Shown: piece by piece, positions 28,605 to 38,900 of the stretch
Layout of the letters: the number at the start of each line of letters is the position of its first letter
Numbering within the stretch: the first letter of the stretch is position 1
Assembly: GCA_965197905.1 (NCBI GenBank)
Contig: CBDAOB010000003.1
Coordinates: forward strand, 1-64,000
Direction of reading: 5' to 3'
Length of the DNA: 64,000 nt
From: Candidatus Latescibacterota bacterium
GTDB lineage: Bacteria > Latescibacterota > UBA2968 > UBA8231
Translations under genes and position numbers: made by a program
The notes under the pieces: generated by a model
Told to the model about the DNA's origin: nothing
The model's input: only the letters and a program-made list of their open reading frames with translations
The model's database searches: none

Positions 28605-29306
28605 TCAGCTACGACCCATCTTTTTTTTCCAATCGTTGAAATCGGCCATGGTATCGTCGTTCATCGGATAGGTACCTACTATGCTGGCACCGGCTTCAAT
28701 CCGTTCGAGAATGAATTTTTCCTTCTCTTCCTGCTCCGCAGCTTCTCGGGCGACCTCGTCGGCGAGTTTCCTGGGTACGACAACCACGCCTTCTCCGTCA
28801 CCGACGATGATGTCTCCGGGAAATACCGCAACCCCACCACATGCAATAGGCACTTGTATCTCGCTGGGATAGTGTATGGTTTTGTTCGAGTTCGCATTCA
28901 TCGCAGCTGCATAGGAGGCGATCTCCATCTTGGCAATATCCGGGCTGTCGCGATAGGCGCCATCGGTCACGATGCCTACGGCTCCTCTGACTTGAAGACG
29001 TGTCGCCAGGATATTGCCCATCGTTCCCGCGCCCGTTTCACCCCGTGCGTCAATTACTAGAACCTCACCCGGTGAGATGCGCTCTATGCCGATTCGCTGC
29101 ACGTCTTTCAGATTATCGACGACATCGTCATCGAGATCACCGCGCATGGGTATATACCGCAACGTGACGGCGGCTCCCGCCATTCTTGTGTCGGTTCGCA
29201 AGGGTCTAACGGCGTGCATGAACGCATTGCTGAGACCATGCCGTTTCAGTACCGTCGTCAACGTTGCTGTGCTGGATATCGAGAATTGCTGCAGGAGATG
29301 TTTCAT
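28605..29306 (-). CDS. RraA-like / HMG-CHA aldolase family protein
   Basis: MAGAAVTLRYIP, VLVIDARG, GNILATRL, GIVTDGAYRD, PIACGGVAVFPGDIIVGDGEGVVVVP. Confidence 0.85.
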   Translation of the reverse strand: MKHLLQQFSISSTATLTTVLKRHGLSNAFMHAVRPLRTDTRMAGAAVTLRYIPMRGDLDDDVVDNLKDVQRIGIERISPGEVLVIDARGETGAGTMGNILATRLQVRGAVGIVTDGAYRDSPDIAKMEIASYAAAMNANSNKTIHYPSEIQVPIACGGVAVFPGDIIVGDGEGVVVVPRKLADEVAREAAEQEEKEKFILERIEAGASIVGTYPMNDDTMADFNDWKKKMGRS

Positions 29307-29710
29307 TTTGGCATCCTTGTGGAATTCGATTCCTTCAGTTCCGTGTCGGGTACCTGGATGTAGAGCGTATCCCCGAGCGTGCAACCGATCTCGGTTGCGG
29401 CGTTTCCAAAGCTGATAGCGAACTGAACCTTCTCATCCTCCTCGATCAGTGCGATCCAATCTCCCTTCGGGACATCAGAGTACGTCTTCCCCAGCATCGT
29501 CCGCATCGTGTGGTTCTTGAAGCGGACATTGAAGTAGGTCTTCTCGACTATCCCGTTCTCAGTCAACGTGGGACCCGTCAGGTCGGTGTTGATATTCGCA
29601 TACTCCTCACTGATACGCATCACTTGAGCGGGAATGATTGTCTTCTTTGACGAACAGGAGAGCGCGATCGAGCAAAGCAGAATGGTCGACAGCACATGGG
29701 AGGTTTTCAT
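29303..29710 (-). CDS. Putative lipoprotein with a stand-alone SAM hydroxide adenosyltransferase/chlorinase C-terminal-like domain
   Basis: Lipobox-like IALSC; QVMRISEEYANINTD; TYSDVPKGDWIALI...FAISFGNAATEIG...GD. Confidence 0.55.
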   Translation of the reverse strand: MKTSHVLSTILLCSIALSCSSKKTIIPAQVMRISEEYANINTDLTGPTLTENGIVEKTYFNVRFKNHTMRTMLGKTYSDVPKGDWIALIEEDEKVQFAISFGNAATEIGCTLGDTLYIQVPDTELKESNSTRMPK

Positions 29711-29720
29711 TAAAGCACCT

Positions 29721-30560
29721 CTATGCCTTTGAGACCAGATTCGCGATCGCCGCCGGTGCGCGTCCGGTCTGTTCGATGGAATCTTCGTGCGATGGAAAGC
29801 CGCACGGCTCGAAATTGAAGATGCCTTCGTAACCGATGCGCTGCAGCCCTTCGAAGAGTTCCACCCATTGGATCTGGTCGCCTTCGGTCAGCGGGGGGAA
29901 GTGATCCCTGCCCTCTTTGAAGCCATGCAGATGCACGTGGCGAAGCCTGTGACCGCACATCTCCAGCACGCGCGTCGGCCCACCTGGAACGGTCATCGGG
30001 TTAACGCCGTCGGTGTCCAGCACGTGGCCCACATCCAGGATCATACCCGCATGGGGAAGGTCAATCTCATCGAGAAACTGCACCCGTTCCTCAATCCGGC
30101 ACGCTCCGGGGTTGTTGGTCTTGAAGTTTTCTACTGTTATGACCGCATCCGTACCTTCCGCGTGCCTCGCCAATTCCGCGAACGACTTCGCCATGACTGG
30201 AACCGGCTCGGCGGCGTGGGAGCCCCATAGAATTCCGCCCACTTCGAGCAATGTATCGATCTGGGCGCGGCAGCGATCGACGCGCTGTACACGCGTTACC
30301 TCCGTGTCGACATCGTTGAAATGAGTCTTCCAGCAATGGTAGGCCGCGATCCGAATGCCTTGCGAGCGGCACGCCTCATTTATCCATCCGACCGAACGAC
30401 TGTCGGTCATGTCGAACTGGTCCGGGCTTTCCAAGAGCTCGATCTGCTGGATGCCGTTGTGCGCCAGCTCGGCCAAAGCCCTTTCCGCAACGGGGCGATA
30501 GCCATGAAAGACGAGAGTGGAGATGGACTGCCGTTTTTCTATTTCATCCGCCGAGTACAT
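29721..30560 (-). CDS. Sugar phosphate isomerase/epimerase (xylose-isomerase-like TIM barrel)
   Basis: ITVENF, LDVGH, LRHVHLHG, DHFPP and FNFE metal-ligand pattern. Confidence 0.8.
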   Translation of the reverse strand: MYSADEIEKRQSISTLVFHGYRPVAERALAELAHNGIQQIELLESPDQFDMTDSRSVGWINEACRSQGIRIAAYHCWKTHFNDVDTEVTRVQRVDRCRAQIDTLLEVGGILWGSHAAEPVPVMAKSFAELARHAEGTDAVITVENFKTNNPGACRIEERVQFLDEIDLPHAGMILDVGHVLDTDGVNPMTVPGGPTRVLEMCGHRLRHVHLHGFKEGRDHFPPLTEGDQIQWVELFEGLQRIGYEGIFNFEPCGFPSHEDSIEQTGRAPAAIANLVSKA

Positions 30561-30819
30561 GTCGTTTCTCCTTGCCGAAAACTAAGGCGTCGGCTCGCTG
30601 CGGAACCGGAGCGGTGACTCTAGCGTGCCGCTCCGCTGTCGTGCCATATCAACGACCAGCTTACGATACTACACATACGTCTGTCCAGACCAATTTGCGA
30701 TGGGCAGGATGCATTCCGGGAAGGTTCATCATTGAGCAGATGCTGATATTCGGTGTGGACGAGCCGATGGCTATTGGCTAATTTTCGCAGCCATTTCCCC
30801 GGCGAACGAAAGCCATTCG

Positions 30820-32544
30820 ATGCTTGAATCATCCCAATTCGACCCGATAAAGTTCGAGGTCATCCGCAACGCCCTGGTGGAAGCCACCGAGGAGATGACC
30901 ATCGCGTTGCGGCGCAGTGCCTACTCCACCAACATCAAAACGCGGGCCGATTTCTCATGTGCCCTGTTCGACCATGATCTTCAGGTCATCGCCCAGGCCT
31001 CTGGCCAGCCGGTGCATCTGGGTTCGCTCGCCATATCCGTCCCAACTGTAATTCGCAACTACGGTCCCGAAAACCTTGCACCGGGTGATGGCATCCTGGC
31101 CAACGATCCGTATCTGGGTGGGGTCCATCTCAACGACATCACCCTGATCTCACCCGTTCATCACAATGGTGAACTGTTCGGCTATCTGGCCTGTCTCGCC
31201 CATCACGTCGATGTGGGTGGCGGTGCGCCGGCCAGCATCGGCGCTTTCCAGGAGGTGTTTCAAGAAGGCATCATCATCCCGGGTGTCAAGCTGGTACGGG
31301 AAGGCGAGATCGACAACGACGTCTTCAAGCTGGTGCTGTCCCAGATCCGCTCTAAGCGGGAAACCGCCGGCGATTTCCGCGCCCAGGTGGCCGCGAACAA
31401 TACCGGCCGCCGCCGCCTGCAACTGCTCGTCGAACGCCTCGGACCGGAGACGGTTCAATACTACATGAAGGAGCTGCTGGACTACACCCGGCGCCGCACG
31501 CAATCGAGTATCGCCAGGCTTCCTCAAGGCAGCTTCTCCGCCGACGGCTACGTGGACAACGACGGTTTCACCGATCAGCCGGTGCACCTCGTGGCCAAGG
31601 TGACCATTGCCGCTGACAGTGTTGAGTTCGACGCGACCGGCTCCGACCCGCAGCGCCGCGCACCCGTCAACTCCACCTACGCTCAGACCTTCGCCGGCTG
31701 CGCCTACGTTCTCAAATGCCTGATCGATCCGGACATCCCGGTAAACAGCGGATTCTACGACGCGGTAAAGATGATCGCCCCCGAAGGCTCGGTGACCAAT
31801 TGTCGACCCCCGGGGCCGGTGGTCGGCGGTTGGGAAACCCAGACCCGGTTGGTCGACATCATGTTGAAGGCGCTGTCTCAAGTGGTACCGGAGCGGGTAC
31901 CTGCGGGCACCAAAGCGTGCATGTTCCAGGTGGGTTTTGGGGGCGCTGATCCGCGCAGCGGCGAGTACTACGCATTCTACGAGGCGATCGCCGGCGGCTA
32001 TGGCGGGCGCGCTAGCCTCGACGGAGACGACGCTGTGCAAGCCCACGGCCAGAACACCGAAAACGCCCCGATCGAGGAGATCGAGATCAACTACCCGCTG
32101 CGCATCACCCGCTATGAGTTGGTCGACGAATCCGAGGGTGCCGGAAAACAACGGGGCGGCCTTGGTCTGCGCCGGGACTACCTGTTCCCCAACGATGCCT
32201 CCTTTACGATCCTGGCCGATCGCGATCGCTGGGGACCCTGGGGATTGTTCGGCGGAGAGGCAGGTCTCAAGGCCCGGTTCGTGCTGAACCCGGATGGCGA
32301 CGCACTGGAGCTGGGCTCGAAGACGACCGTGGCCCTCAACCCCGGTGATGTGATCAGCTACCGCACTTGTGGAGGTGGGGGTTATGGTCCGCCCAAACAA
32401 CGCGATCCGCAAGCGGTGCTGATCGATGTCCGTGACGGCAAGGTCGGCCTGGAGCGGGCCAGCGATGTCTACGGCGTGGTGATAGACCCAGTAGCCTGGG
32501 CAGTGAACGAAGCGGAAACCGCCCGTCTGCGCGGTGGCTCGTAA
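30820..32544 (+). CDS. hyuB: Hydantoinase B / 5-oxoprolinase-family subunit
   Basis: RSAYSTNIK, DFSCALFD, PVHLGS, NDPYLGGVHLND, HHVDVGG, FQEG, SEGAGKQRGGLG and GGGGYG. Confidence 0.9.
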   Translation: MLESSQFDPIKFEVIRNALVEATEEMTIALRRSAYSTNIKTRADFSCALFDHDLQVIAQASGQPVHLGSLAISVPTVIRNYGPENLAPGDGILANDPYLGGVHLNDITLISPVHHNGELFGYLACLAHHVDVGGGAPASIGAFQEVFQEGIIIPGVKLVREGEIDNDVFKLVLSQIRSKRETAGDFRAQVAANNTGRRRLQLLVERLGPETVQYYMKELLDYTRRRTQSSIARLPQGSFSADGYVDNDGFTDQPVHLVAKVTIAADSVEFDATGSDPQRRAPVNSTYAQTFAGCAYVLKCLIDPDIPVNSGFYDAVKMIAPEGSVTNCRPPGPVVGGWETQTRLVDIMLKALSQVVPERVPAGTKACMFQVGFGGADPRSGEYYAFYEAIAGGYGGRASLDGDDAVQAHGQNTENAPIEEIEINYPLRITRYELVDESEGAGKQRGGLGLRRDYLFPNDASFTILADRDRWGPWGLFGGEAGLKARFVLNPDGDALELGSKTTVALNPGDVISYRTCGGGGYGPPKQRDPQAVLIDVRDGKVGLERASDVYGVVIDPVAWAVNEAETARLRGGS

Positions 32545-32552
32545 ACGCCGAG

Positions 32553-34655
32553 ATGGCGTATAGACTCGGAATCGACATCGGCGGCACCTTCACCGACGCT
32601 ACCCTGCTCGACGAAGAGACCGGTGAGCTGCGCATCGGCAAAGTCCCGTCCACGCCCAAGGATCCGTCAATCGGTTTCATCGAGGCCACCGACAACATCT
32701 TGAAAGAAAGGACTGTGAGTGTCGGTGATGTGACCTACATCGTTCACGGCACCACCGTCGCCACCAACGCCATTATCGAAGGCACCGTGGCCCGAACCGG
32801 TTTCGTTACGACCGACGGATATCGGGACATGCTGGAGATCGCTCGCCAGATCCGGCCTTCGCTCTACGATCTGCAGTTTCAGAAGCCGAAACCGCTGGTG
32901 CCGCGTTACCTGTGCTTCGGCGTGCCCGAACGCCTAGACGCGCAAGGCCAGGTGTTGACGCCATTCGACGAAGACGCGGCGCGCGATATCGCGATCCAGC
33001 TGAAGGAAGAACAGGTCGAGTCGATCGCCGTCTGCCTGCTGCACGCCTACATCAATCCGGCGCACGAACAACAATTGGGTGCCATCATACGAGAGGTCTT
33101 CCCCGAGGCCGTGCTGTCGCTGTCCTCGGAGGTGGCGCCGGAATTTCGCGAGTTCTACCGCGCCAGCACTACGGTCATCAACGCCAGTATCCGGCCGGTG
33201 GTGGCGCGCTATCTCGAACGCATCCAGGACAGACTGCAGAGCGAAGGTTTCGATGCCGAGCTCCTGTTGATGCAAAGCGGTGGCGGCGTTTTCACCTTTG
33301 CCGAAGCGCGTCGCAAACCGGTCTTCATGGTCGAGTCCGGTCCCGCCGCCGGAGTCATCTCGGCCGCCTATCTCGGGGCCGCACTCGGATACAAGGATAT
33401 CATCTCCTTCGATATGGGAGGCACCACCGCCAAGGTTGGCCTCATACAGGACGGGGCGCCCACGGTTACCAAGGAGTACGAGGTGGGAGCAGCCGCCCGC
33501 GCCGGCGTCGGCTCCCAACGCGCAGGTGGCTATCCGATCCGCACACCGGTGATCGACCTGGTTGAGATCGGGGCTGGCGGCGGTTCCATCGCCTGGGTCG
33601 ATTCGGGCGGTATCCTGCGGGTAGGACCTCGGAGCGCCGGCGCCGACCCCGGGCCGGTTTGTTATGGACAAAGCGGCACCGAGCCGACTATTACCGATGC
33701 CAATCTCGTGTTGGGGCGGTTGCAACCGGATCTGTTCCTCGGCGGCAGGATGCAGCTGGATGTGAACGCGGCGCGGCAGGCGATCGAAGGGAAATGCGCG
33801 AAGCCTCTGGGAATGGATCTCGTTGAAGCGGCCCACGGTATCGTCGAGATCGCCAACGCTGCCATGGTCAACGCCCTGCGCCTGGTTTCGGTGCAACGTG
33901 GGTACGATCCAAGAGAGTTTGTGCTGGCGGCCTTTGGTGGCGCCGGCCCGGTGCACGCCAACCGGCTCGCGGCCGAAACCGAGATGCCGACACTAATCGT
34001 GCCCATGAGTCCCGGCACCTTCTCCTCCCTGGGACTGCTGGTAACCGATCTCAGGCACGATTTCTCGACCACCTGGATCCAGCGTCTCGACGAGCTCGAT
34101 GCGGTAGGTTTGGAAACCGCCTATGCCGCGCTCGAGGAGCAAGGTCGCGCGGCGCTGGAGCGTGAAGGAGTGTCGATGCAGGACTGCGAGTTCGCGCGCC
34201 AGCTCGATATGCGCTTCGTGGGACAGAGCCACGAACTCTCAATTCATGCGCCTAATCGGCGGCTGTCTCCGTCTGACGTCGAGCAGCTTTCGGATCACTT
34301 CCTAAAGGAGCACGATCGAGCGTATGGCTTCAGCGCTCCGGACGAACCGGTCGAACTGGTGAATCTGAGATTGACGGCGATAGGCAAGATCACCAAACCT
34401 AAGTCGCGGGAGCTCGGATCGGTCGGGGGCGATCTCGATGATGCACAGAAGGGAATGCGATCGGTCTACTTCGCGGAAACCGAGGGCTACATCGATTGTC
34501 CGGTGTACGATCGGTATCAACTGAGGGCGGGGCAGCTGCTGGTGGGGCCGGCGATCGTCGTGGAGCTGGACGCGACGGCGGTTATCCACCCCGGATATGA
34601 AGCGCGGGTGGATCGATTCGGTAACCTGGTATTCACCGCCACGCCGGGCACTTAG
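32553..34655 (+). CDS. hyuA: Hydantoinase A / 5-oxoprolinase-family ATP-binding subunit
   Basis: GIDIGGTFTD, HGTTVATN, ESGPAAG, DMGGTT, GAGGGSIA, SAGADPGPVCY and FGGAGPVH. Confidence 0.92.
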   Translation: MAYRLGIDIGGTFTDATLLDEETGELRIGKVPSTPKDPSIGFIEATDNILKERTVSVGDVTYIVHGTTVATNAIIEGTVARTGFVTTDGYRDMLEIARQIRPSLYDLQFQKPKPLVPRYLCFGVPERLDAQGQVLTPFDEDAARDIAIQLKEEQVESIAVCLLHAYINPAHEQQLGAIIREVFPEAVLSLSSEVAPEFREFYRASTTVINASIRPVVARYLERIQDRLQSEGFDAELLLMQSGGGVFTFAEARRKPVFMVESGPAAGVISAAYLGAALGYKDIISFDMGGTTAKVGLIQDGAPTVTKEYEVGAAARAGVGSQRAGGYPIRTPVIDLVEIGAGGGSIAWVDSGGILRVGPRSAGADPGPVCYGQSGTEPTITDANLVLGRLQPDLFLGGRMQLDVNAARQAIEGKCAKPLGMDLVEAAHGIVEIANAAMVNALRLVSVQRGYDPREFVLAAFGGAGPVHANRLAAETEMPTLIVPMSPGTFSSLGLLVTDLRHDFSTTWIQRLDELDAVGLETAYAALEEQGRAALEREGVSMQDCEFARQLDMRFVGQSHELSIHAPNRRLSPSDVEQLSDHFLKEHDRAYGFSAPDEPVELVNLRLTAIGKITKPKSRELGSVGGDLDDAQKGMRSVYFAETEGYIDCPVYDRYQLRAGQLLVGPAIVVELDATAVIHPGYEARVDRFGNLVFTATPGT

Positions 34656-34936
34656 TTGCACGATAATGGTCCAAAAATCGGGTTGGACCTATTTGAAGCC
34701 TCACCCGCGCCTTTCTGGGGGCCTCACTGTTCAATCAATTCAGCCATCGCCAGGCTGCATTCCCCGGCTACGTTTCTCAATATCGCCGCGTGGCGCTGAC
34801 GCGATAAAAATCGTGGGACCCCGCTCGAATACCGTGCGCCCGTCCCGTGAGCGCAACAGAACGCCGCCATCGGCCTTGCCCAGGGCATAGTACCAGCCGT
34901 CGCTCTTTCGTCGCCGCGCTTTGTTCCATGAACCAA

Positions 34937-35770
34937 CTACACGGCTGCGAACTTGTCGCATTCGGCGTTCAGGCGGTCGGGGTCGCCGGGGCCGCCATGG
35001 ACGAAGATGCGGTACTTCAACGCGAGCCGATCTTCTTTTGCCAGCTCGATGGGACCGGTGAAGTAGTTGTAGTTGGGAGATAGAGGGCCGTAGTCGCGGG
35101 CGAACCAGTGTGCCGGCACCGGGTTGGATGGGTGATCGAAGATCGCCAGTCCGATCAGCTGGCCGTTGGTCTCGGCGGTTTCGTCGACCCAGCGCGCCGC
35201 TTTGCCGAACATCTCCTTCTCGCCGTGTCGGCCTTCGCTGTCAGTGAGCAGACCTCCGTGAACGGCGACCAGCCAGTCGGCGGGGCGCACCAACGGCATG
35301 CCAGATTCGTTGGTGGGGTGCAGTGTCACCGGGATGGATACCGGGCGCAGATCGATGGTGACGTCGAGATAGAGCTCGCCATCTTCCAGGATTTCCCAAC
35401 GACACGTGCGGGTATCGACCAGCAGCTGGTTCCCGTCGGGCAGGATCCACTCACTGTCGTGCGACAGCATACCCACGTTGCTGTGGGTTTCGATGTAGAC
35501 ATCGCCAACGAGCGCGATCTTGCAGCGGGTGCGCGTTTCGCGATAGGTGTAAAAATCAAGATCTTCGTTGACTACTCCGTGGGAGTAGCAGACGCCGTGG
35601 TGGTGGAGGTGATCCGGTGGCTGGTCTTCGAGGACGTTGCGTTTGCCCGGACCCAGCAGGCAGGTGACGTGGGGATATTGATCCGCGTGCCAGACGTAGC
35701 GCGAGAGGGTTGTTTTGCCGGCGGTCAGGTTTATCACCGTAGGTGTTTCTCTAACAAACGATAGTGCCAT
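34937..35770 (-). CDS. PmoA-family/DUF6807-type protein (mutarotase-like; not a methane monooxygenase)
   Basis: PPDHLHHHG, GKAARWVD, LAIFDHPSNP, WFARDYG and LKYRIFVHGG. Confidence 0.75.
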   Translation of the reverse strand: MALSFVRETPTVINLTAGKTTLSRYVWHADQYPHVTCLLGPGKRNVLEDQPPDHLHHHGVCYSHGVVNEDLDFYTYRETRTRCKIALVGDVYIETHSNVGMLSHDSEWILPDGNQLLVDTRTCRWEILEDGELYLDVTIDLRPVSIPVTLHPTNESGMPLVRPADWLVAVHGGLLTDSEGRHGEKEMFGKAARWVDETAETNGQLIGLAIFDHPSNPVPAHWFARDYGPLSPNYNYFTGPIELAKEDRLALKYRIFVHGGPGDPDRLNAECDKFAAV

Positions 35771-35908
35771 GGTAAACCTCAAGTAGTGAAAACGGACGGC
35801 CCCAGGCGATAAGGTAGGGAAATCGCTTGTGGAATTCATCTGACCGACCGTTCCGAGACGGAGAACAGAGTACACTTTTCGCCACGGCCGACAGCTACGT
35901 AGACTTGC

Positions 35909-38900
35909 CTAGCGGTTGTCGGTCGCACCCACTTCCGCTCGTCCGGCTCGTGGGCGCGAAACGCCGGAGCGCACGAGCCGCCTTACTGCGATACGTAGAT
36001 CCTCGAACAGCGTGTAGCAAAGCGGTACGATCACCAGGGTCAGAAACATGGAGGCCAGCAGGCCGCCCATGATGGTGCGACCGAGAGGGGCGTACCCGGT
36101 ACCGGCCACTTTGGTGTTGCCAACCGCCATCGGAATCAACCCGCACACGGTGGTGAAGGTGGTCATAAGGATGGGGCGGAAACGCTGCCGGCCCGCTTCC
36201 ACGAGCGCTTCGCGGATCTCAGTCCCTTGAGCGCGCAGACGGTTGGCCAGGTCGATGAAAACAATAGCGTTGTTCACCACCACGCCAATGAGGATCACCG
36301 TGCCCAACTGAGATAGAAAGTCCATGGGGGTGCCGGTAAGGTAGAGCACCCAGTACACTCCCAGAAACGCGAACGGCACGGATACAATCACCGACAGCGG
36401 CATTACGAACGACTCGAAGAGTACCCCCATGAGCAAAAACACGCACACCACGGCCATGATGATGGCGAACTCCTGTGAACGATCGGCTTCAACAAGCCGT
36501 TCGTAGCGGGCGCCCTTGTCCCAACGGTATCCGCGTGGCATCGCCAATCCTTCCATCGCTTTGTCGACCTGGGCAAAAAGCTCCTTGGCCTCATCCTTGG
36601 TGGCCAGCGCTGTCACTTTGATCAGGGTTTTGTGATCCTGTCGACGGATCTTGCCCAGCGCCCGTTTCGCGTGAAAGGTGGCGATGGCGTCAAGTGGGAT
36701 CAGGCGTTCCTCGTCGCTGGCAAACGTGACGTTGCGCAGCTCGCGTAGGCCGTAGTGATCTGCCTCCTCCAGCTGTAGACGCATCTGCAGCTGGCTGCCG
36801 TTGCCGACAGAGAATCTGCCCGGCTCGAAACCGGAGAGCCGGCCCAGCAGACTCTCGGAAATCTCGCGGGGTGAGATCCCGTAGCGCCGCAGCTTCTCGA
36901 GATCGACACGCACTTGCATTTCCGGCGTGCCGCGATCCATATCGGTGTAGACGGACAGAAGCCCCGGAATGCGGTCCAATCTCCGCTCGACCTCCTCGCT
37001 CAGCCTGGTCAACACATCAAGATCGTGGCCGTAGAGGTGGACGGTGATGGAAGCGTCCTGGTCGGCGGCCTCGAGCGCGTCGCCCCAACGGTAGTTGGCG
37101 ATCAGGTGGGTGCCGGCCGGCAGCGATATACGCTCCTTGATGTCGGCGACGATTGCGTCCGCTTCCATGTAGGGAGACTCCATCAGATCAAGCCACTCCA
37201 GCACGTGATCGAATGCCACCCGGTACCAGGTCAGGTCTTTCTCCGTCGGGAAGACCAGGTTGACATTGCCTTCCCAGTTCTGGCACCACATGTGCATATG
37301 CTCGTAACCGTACTCGAACTGGTGATTGGCTATCGTGTCCTCGACGGCGCGCATGAAACGGTCGGTCTGTTCCAGGGTGTTCCCCGTGGGAAAATTGAAC
37401 ATCATCCGGATATTGCTTCGCCCGCCTTCCTGGGCATCGGTGCGGGCAACACGAGTTTGCGGATAGGTAATTGTGGCCATCACTGCGAGAACCAGAATCG
37501 ACGCGTCCAGTCGGTGGTCGAGCACCCAGCGCAACCAATGCAGATACCGCGAACGCAACTTGACGATCCCGCCGCCTTCGGTCCGCCGGCCGCGAATACC
37601 CAGGCGCTCCACCGCCAGGGGAATCAATACGAGGGCGATGATCAGCGAAGCCAGCAGACCGAACACAACCGGCAAGCCGATGCGAAGCATTGAGAACACA
37701 AAATCCTGGTCATCGCTCATCAGGATCAACGGCAGAAAGACGACCACAGTTGTGAGCGTGGCCATGGTGACCGCGAGTCCGACCTCGCCGGCTCCCTGGA
37801 TGGAAGCTTCACGTGCAGGGACGCCTGATTGCCGCTTGTGGAATATGTTCTCGACGATGACTATGGCGTTGTCCATCACCAAGCCCAAGCTCAGCATCAA
37901 GCCCAACATGTTGGCCGAGTTCAACGTCCAGCCGATCAGGTAGATGGCGATAACGGTGGCCAGGAGGGAAAGCGGCACGGCGGCGGAAATGACCAGGGTC
38001 ATGCGCAGGGTGCGCACAAAGAGGAAGAGCACGATGCCGGCAAAGAGCCCGCCCCACATGAGCGAGCTCTTGAGGTTGTTGATGGATTGCAACACGTGCT
38101 CCGACTGATCCCACACGATTTCCACATCGAAGTCCGCGAACTCGGGCCGTTCACTGGCTTCCCTAAGTACTTCGCGTGCTGCCTGGGAGATCGCTACAAG
38201 ATTTCCGTTGGAGGTTCGGCGCACCGCAATCCAAAGAAGCTGTTGGCCGTCTACGCGATTGATGGAACGGCGTTTCTCCGGTTTGAGCTGAACCGATGCA
38301 ACGTCCCCCAGTCGCAGATTCTCCCGGTCATGCAGGGTGAGCTTGCGGATCTCCTCCAGCGAGCTGAATCGGCCTTGAGACCGCACTTGTAGCTGACGTC
38401 CGCCTTCGACGAGCCGGCCACCGGACAATCTGAAATTCTGGTCCCGAAGCAACCGGAGGTACTCGGCCACGTCGACTCCGTGTCCCCTGACTTTATCCTC
38501 ATCAAGCTCGATCACAACCTCGTCACGACCCGGTCCGTAGATCTCCACGTTGGCGACGCCCTGAATGCGCTCCAGCCGCGGCCTTACCTGCGTTTCCAGC
38601 AGATAGTTAGCGTAGCGGATGTCGCCGTCGTATCTGGCCGAAACCCACATAACTCCGGCATTGCTGCCTTGGAAGTGCACGACGTTGGCATCGACGTTCT
38701 CAGGCCACCGAGACCGCAACTGGTCGACGACCTCCCACAACTCTCTCCGGGCACGATCGGTGTCGGTGTTGGGGCGACATTGCAGCTTGGCGTGGAACTG
38801 GGCGTGGGCGCAGACGGTCTCGAGGTACTTCACCCAGTTGAGGGCGCCCAGCGCGTCTTCCGAATACGGCATGAAAGCACGTTGCACATCGGCGGGGCTG

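Noticed and set aside
31150..33956. Long minus-strand ORFs (420 aa and 340 aa), and similar antisense ORFs elsewhere (e.g. 1050-2012, 12767-13837, 44309-45517)
   Set aside because: Antisense to well-supported genes, which is typical of high-GC codon bias.
34937..35770. Methane monooxygenase
   Set aside because: The PmoA family label is a naming artefact. The protein is soluble-looking and no pmoB/pmoC is present.
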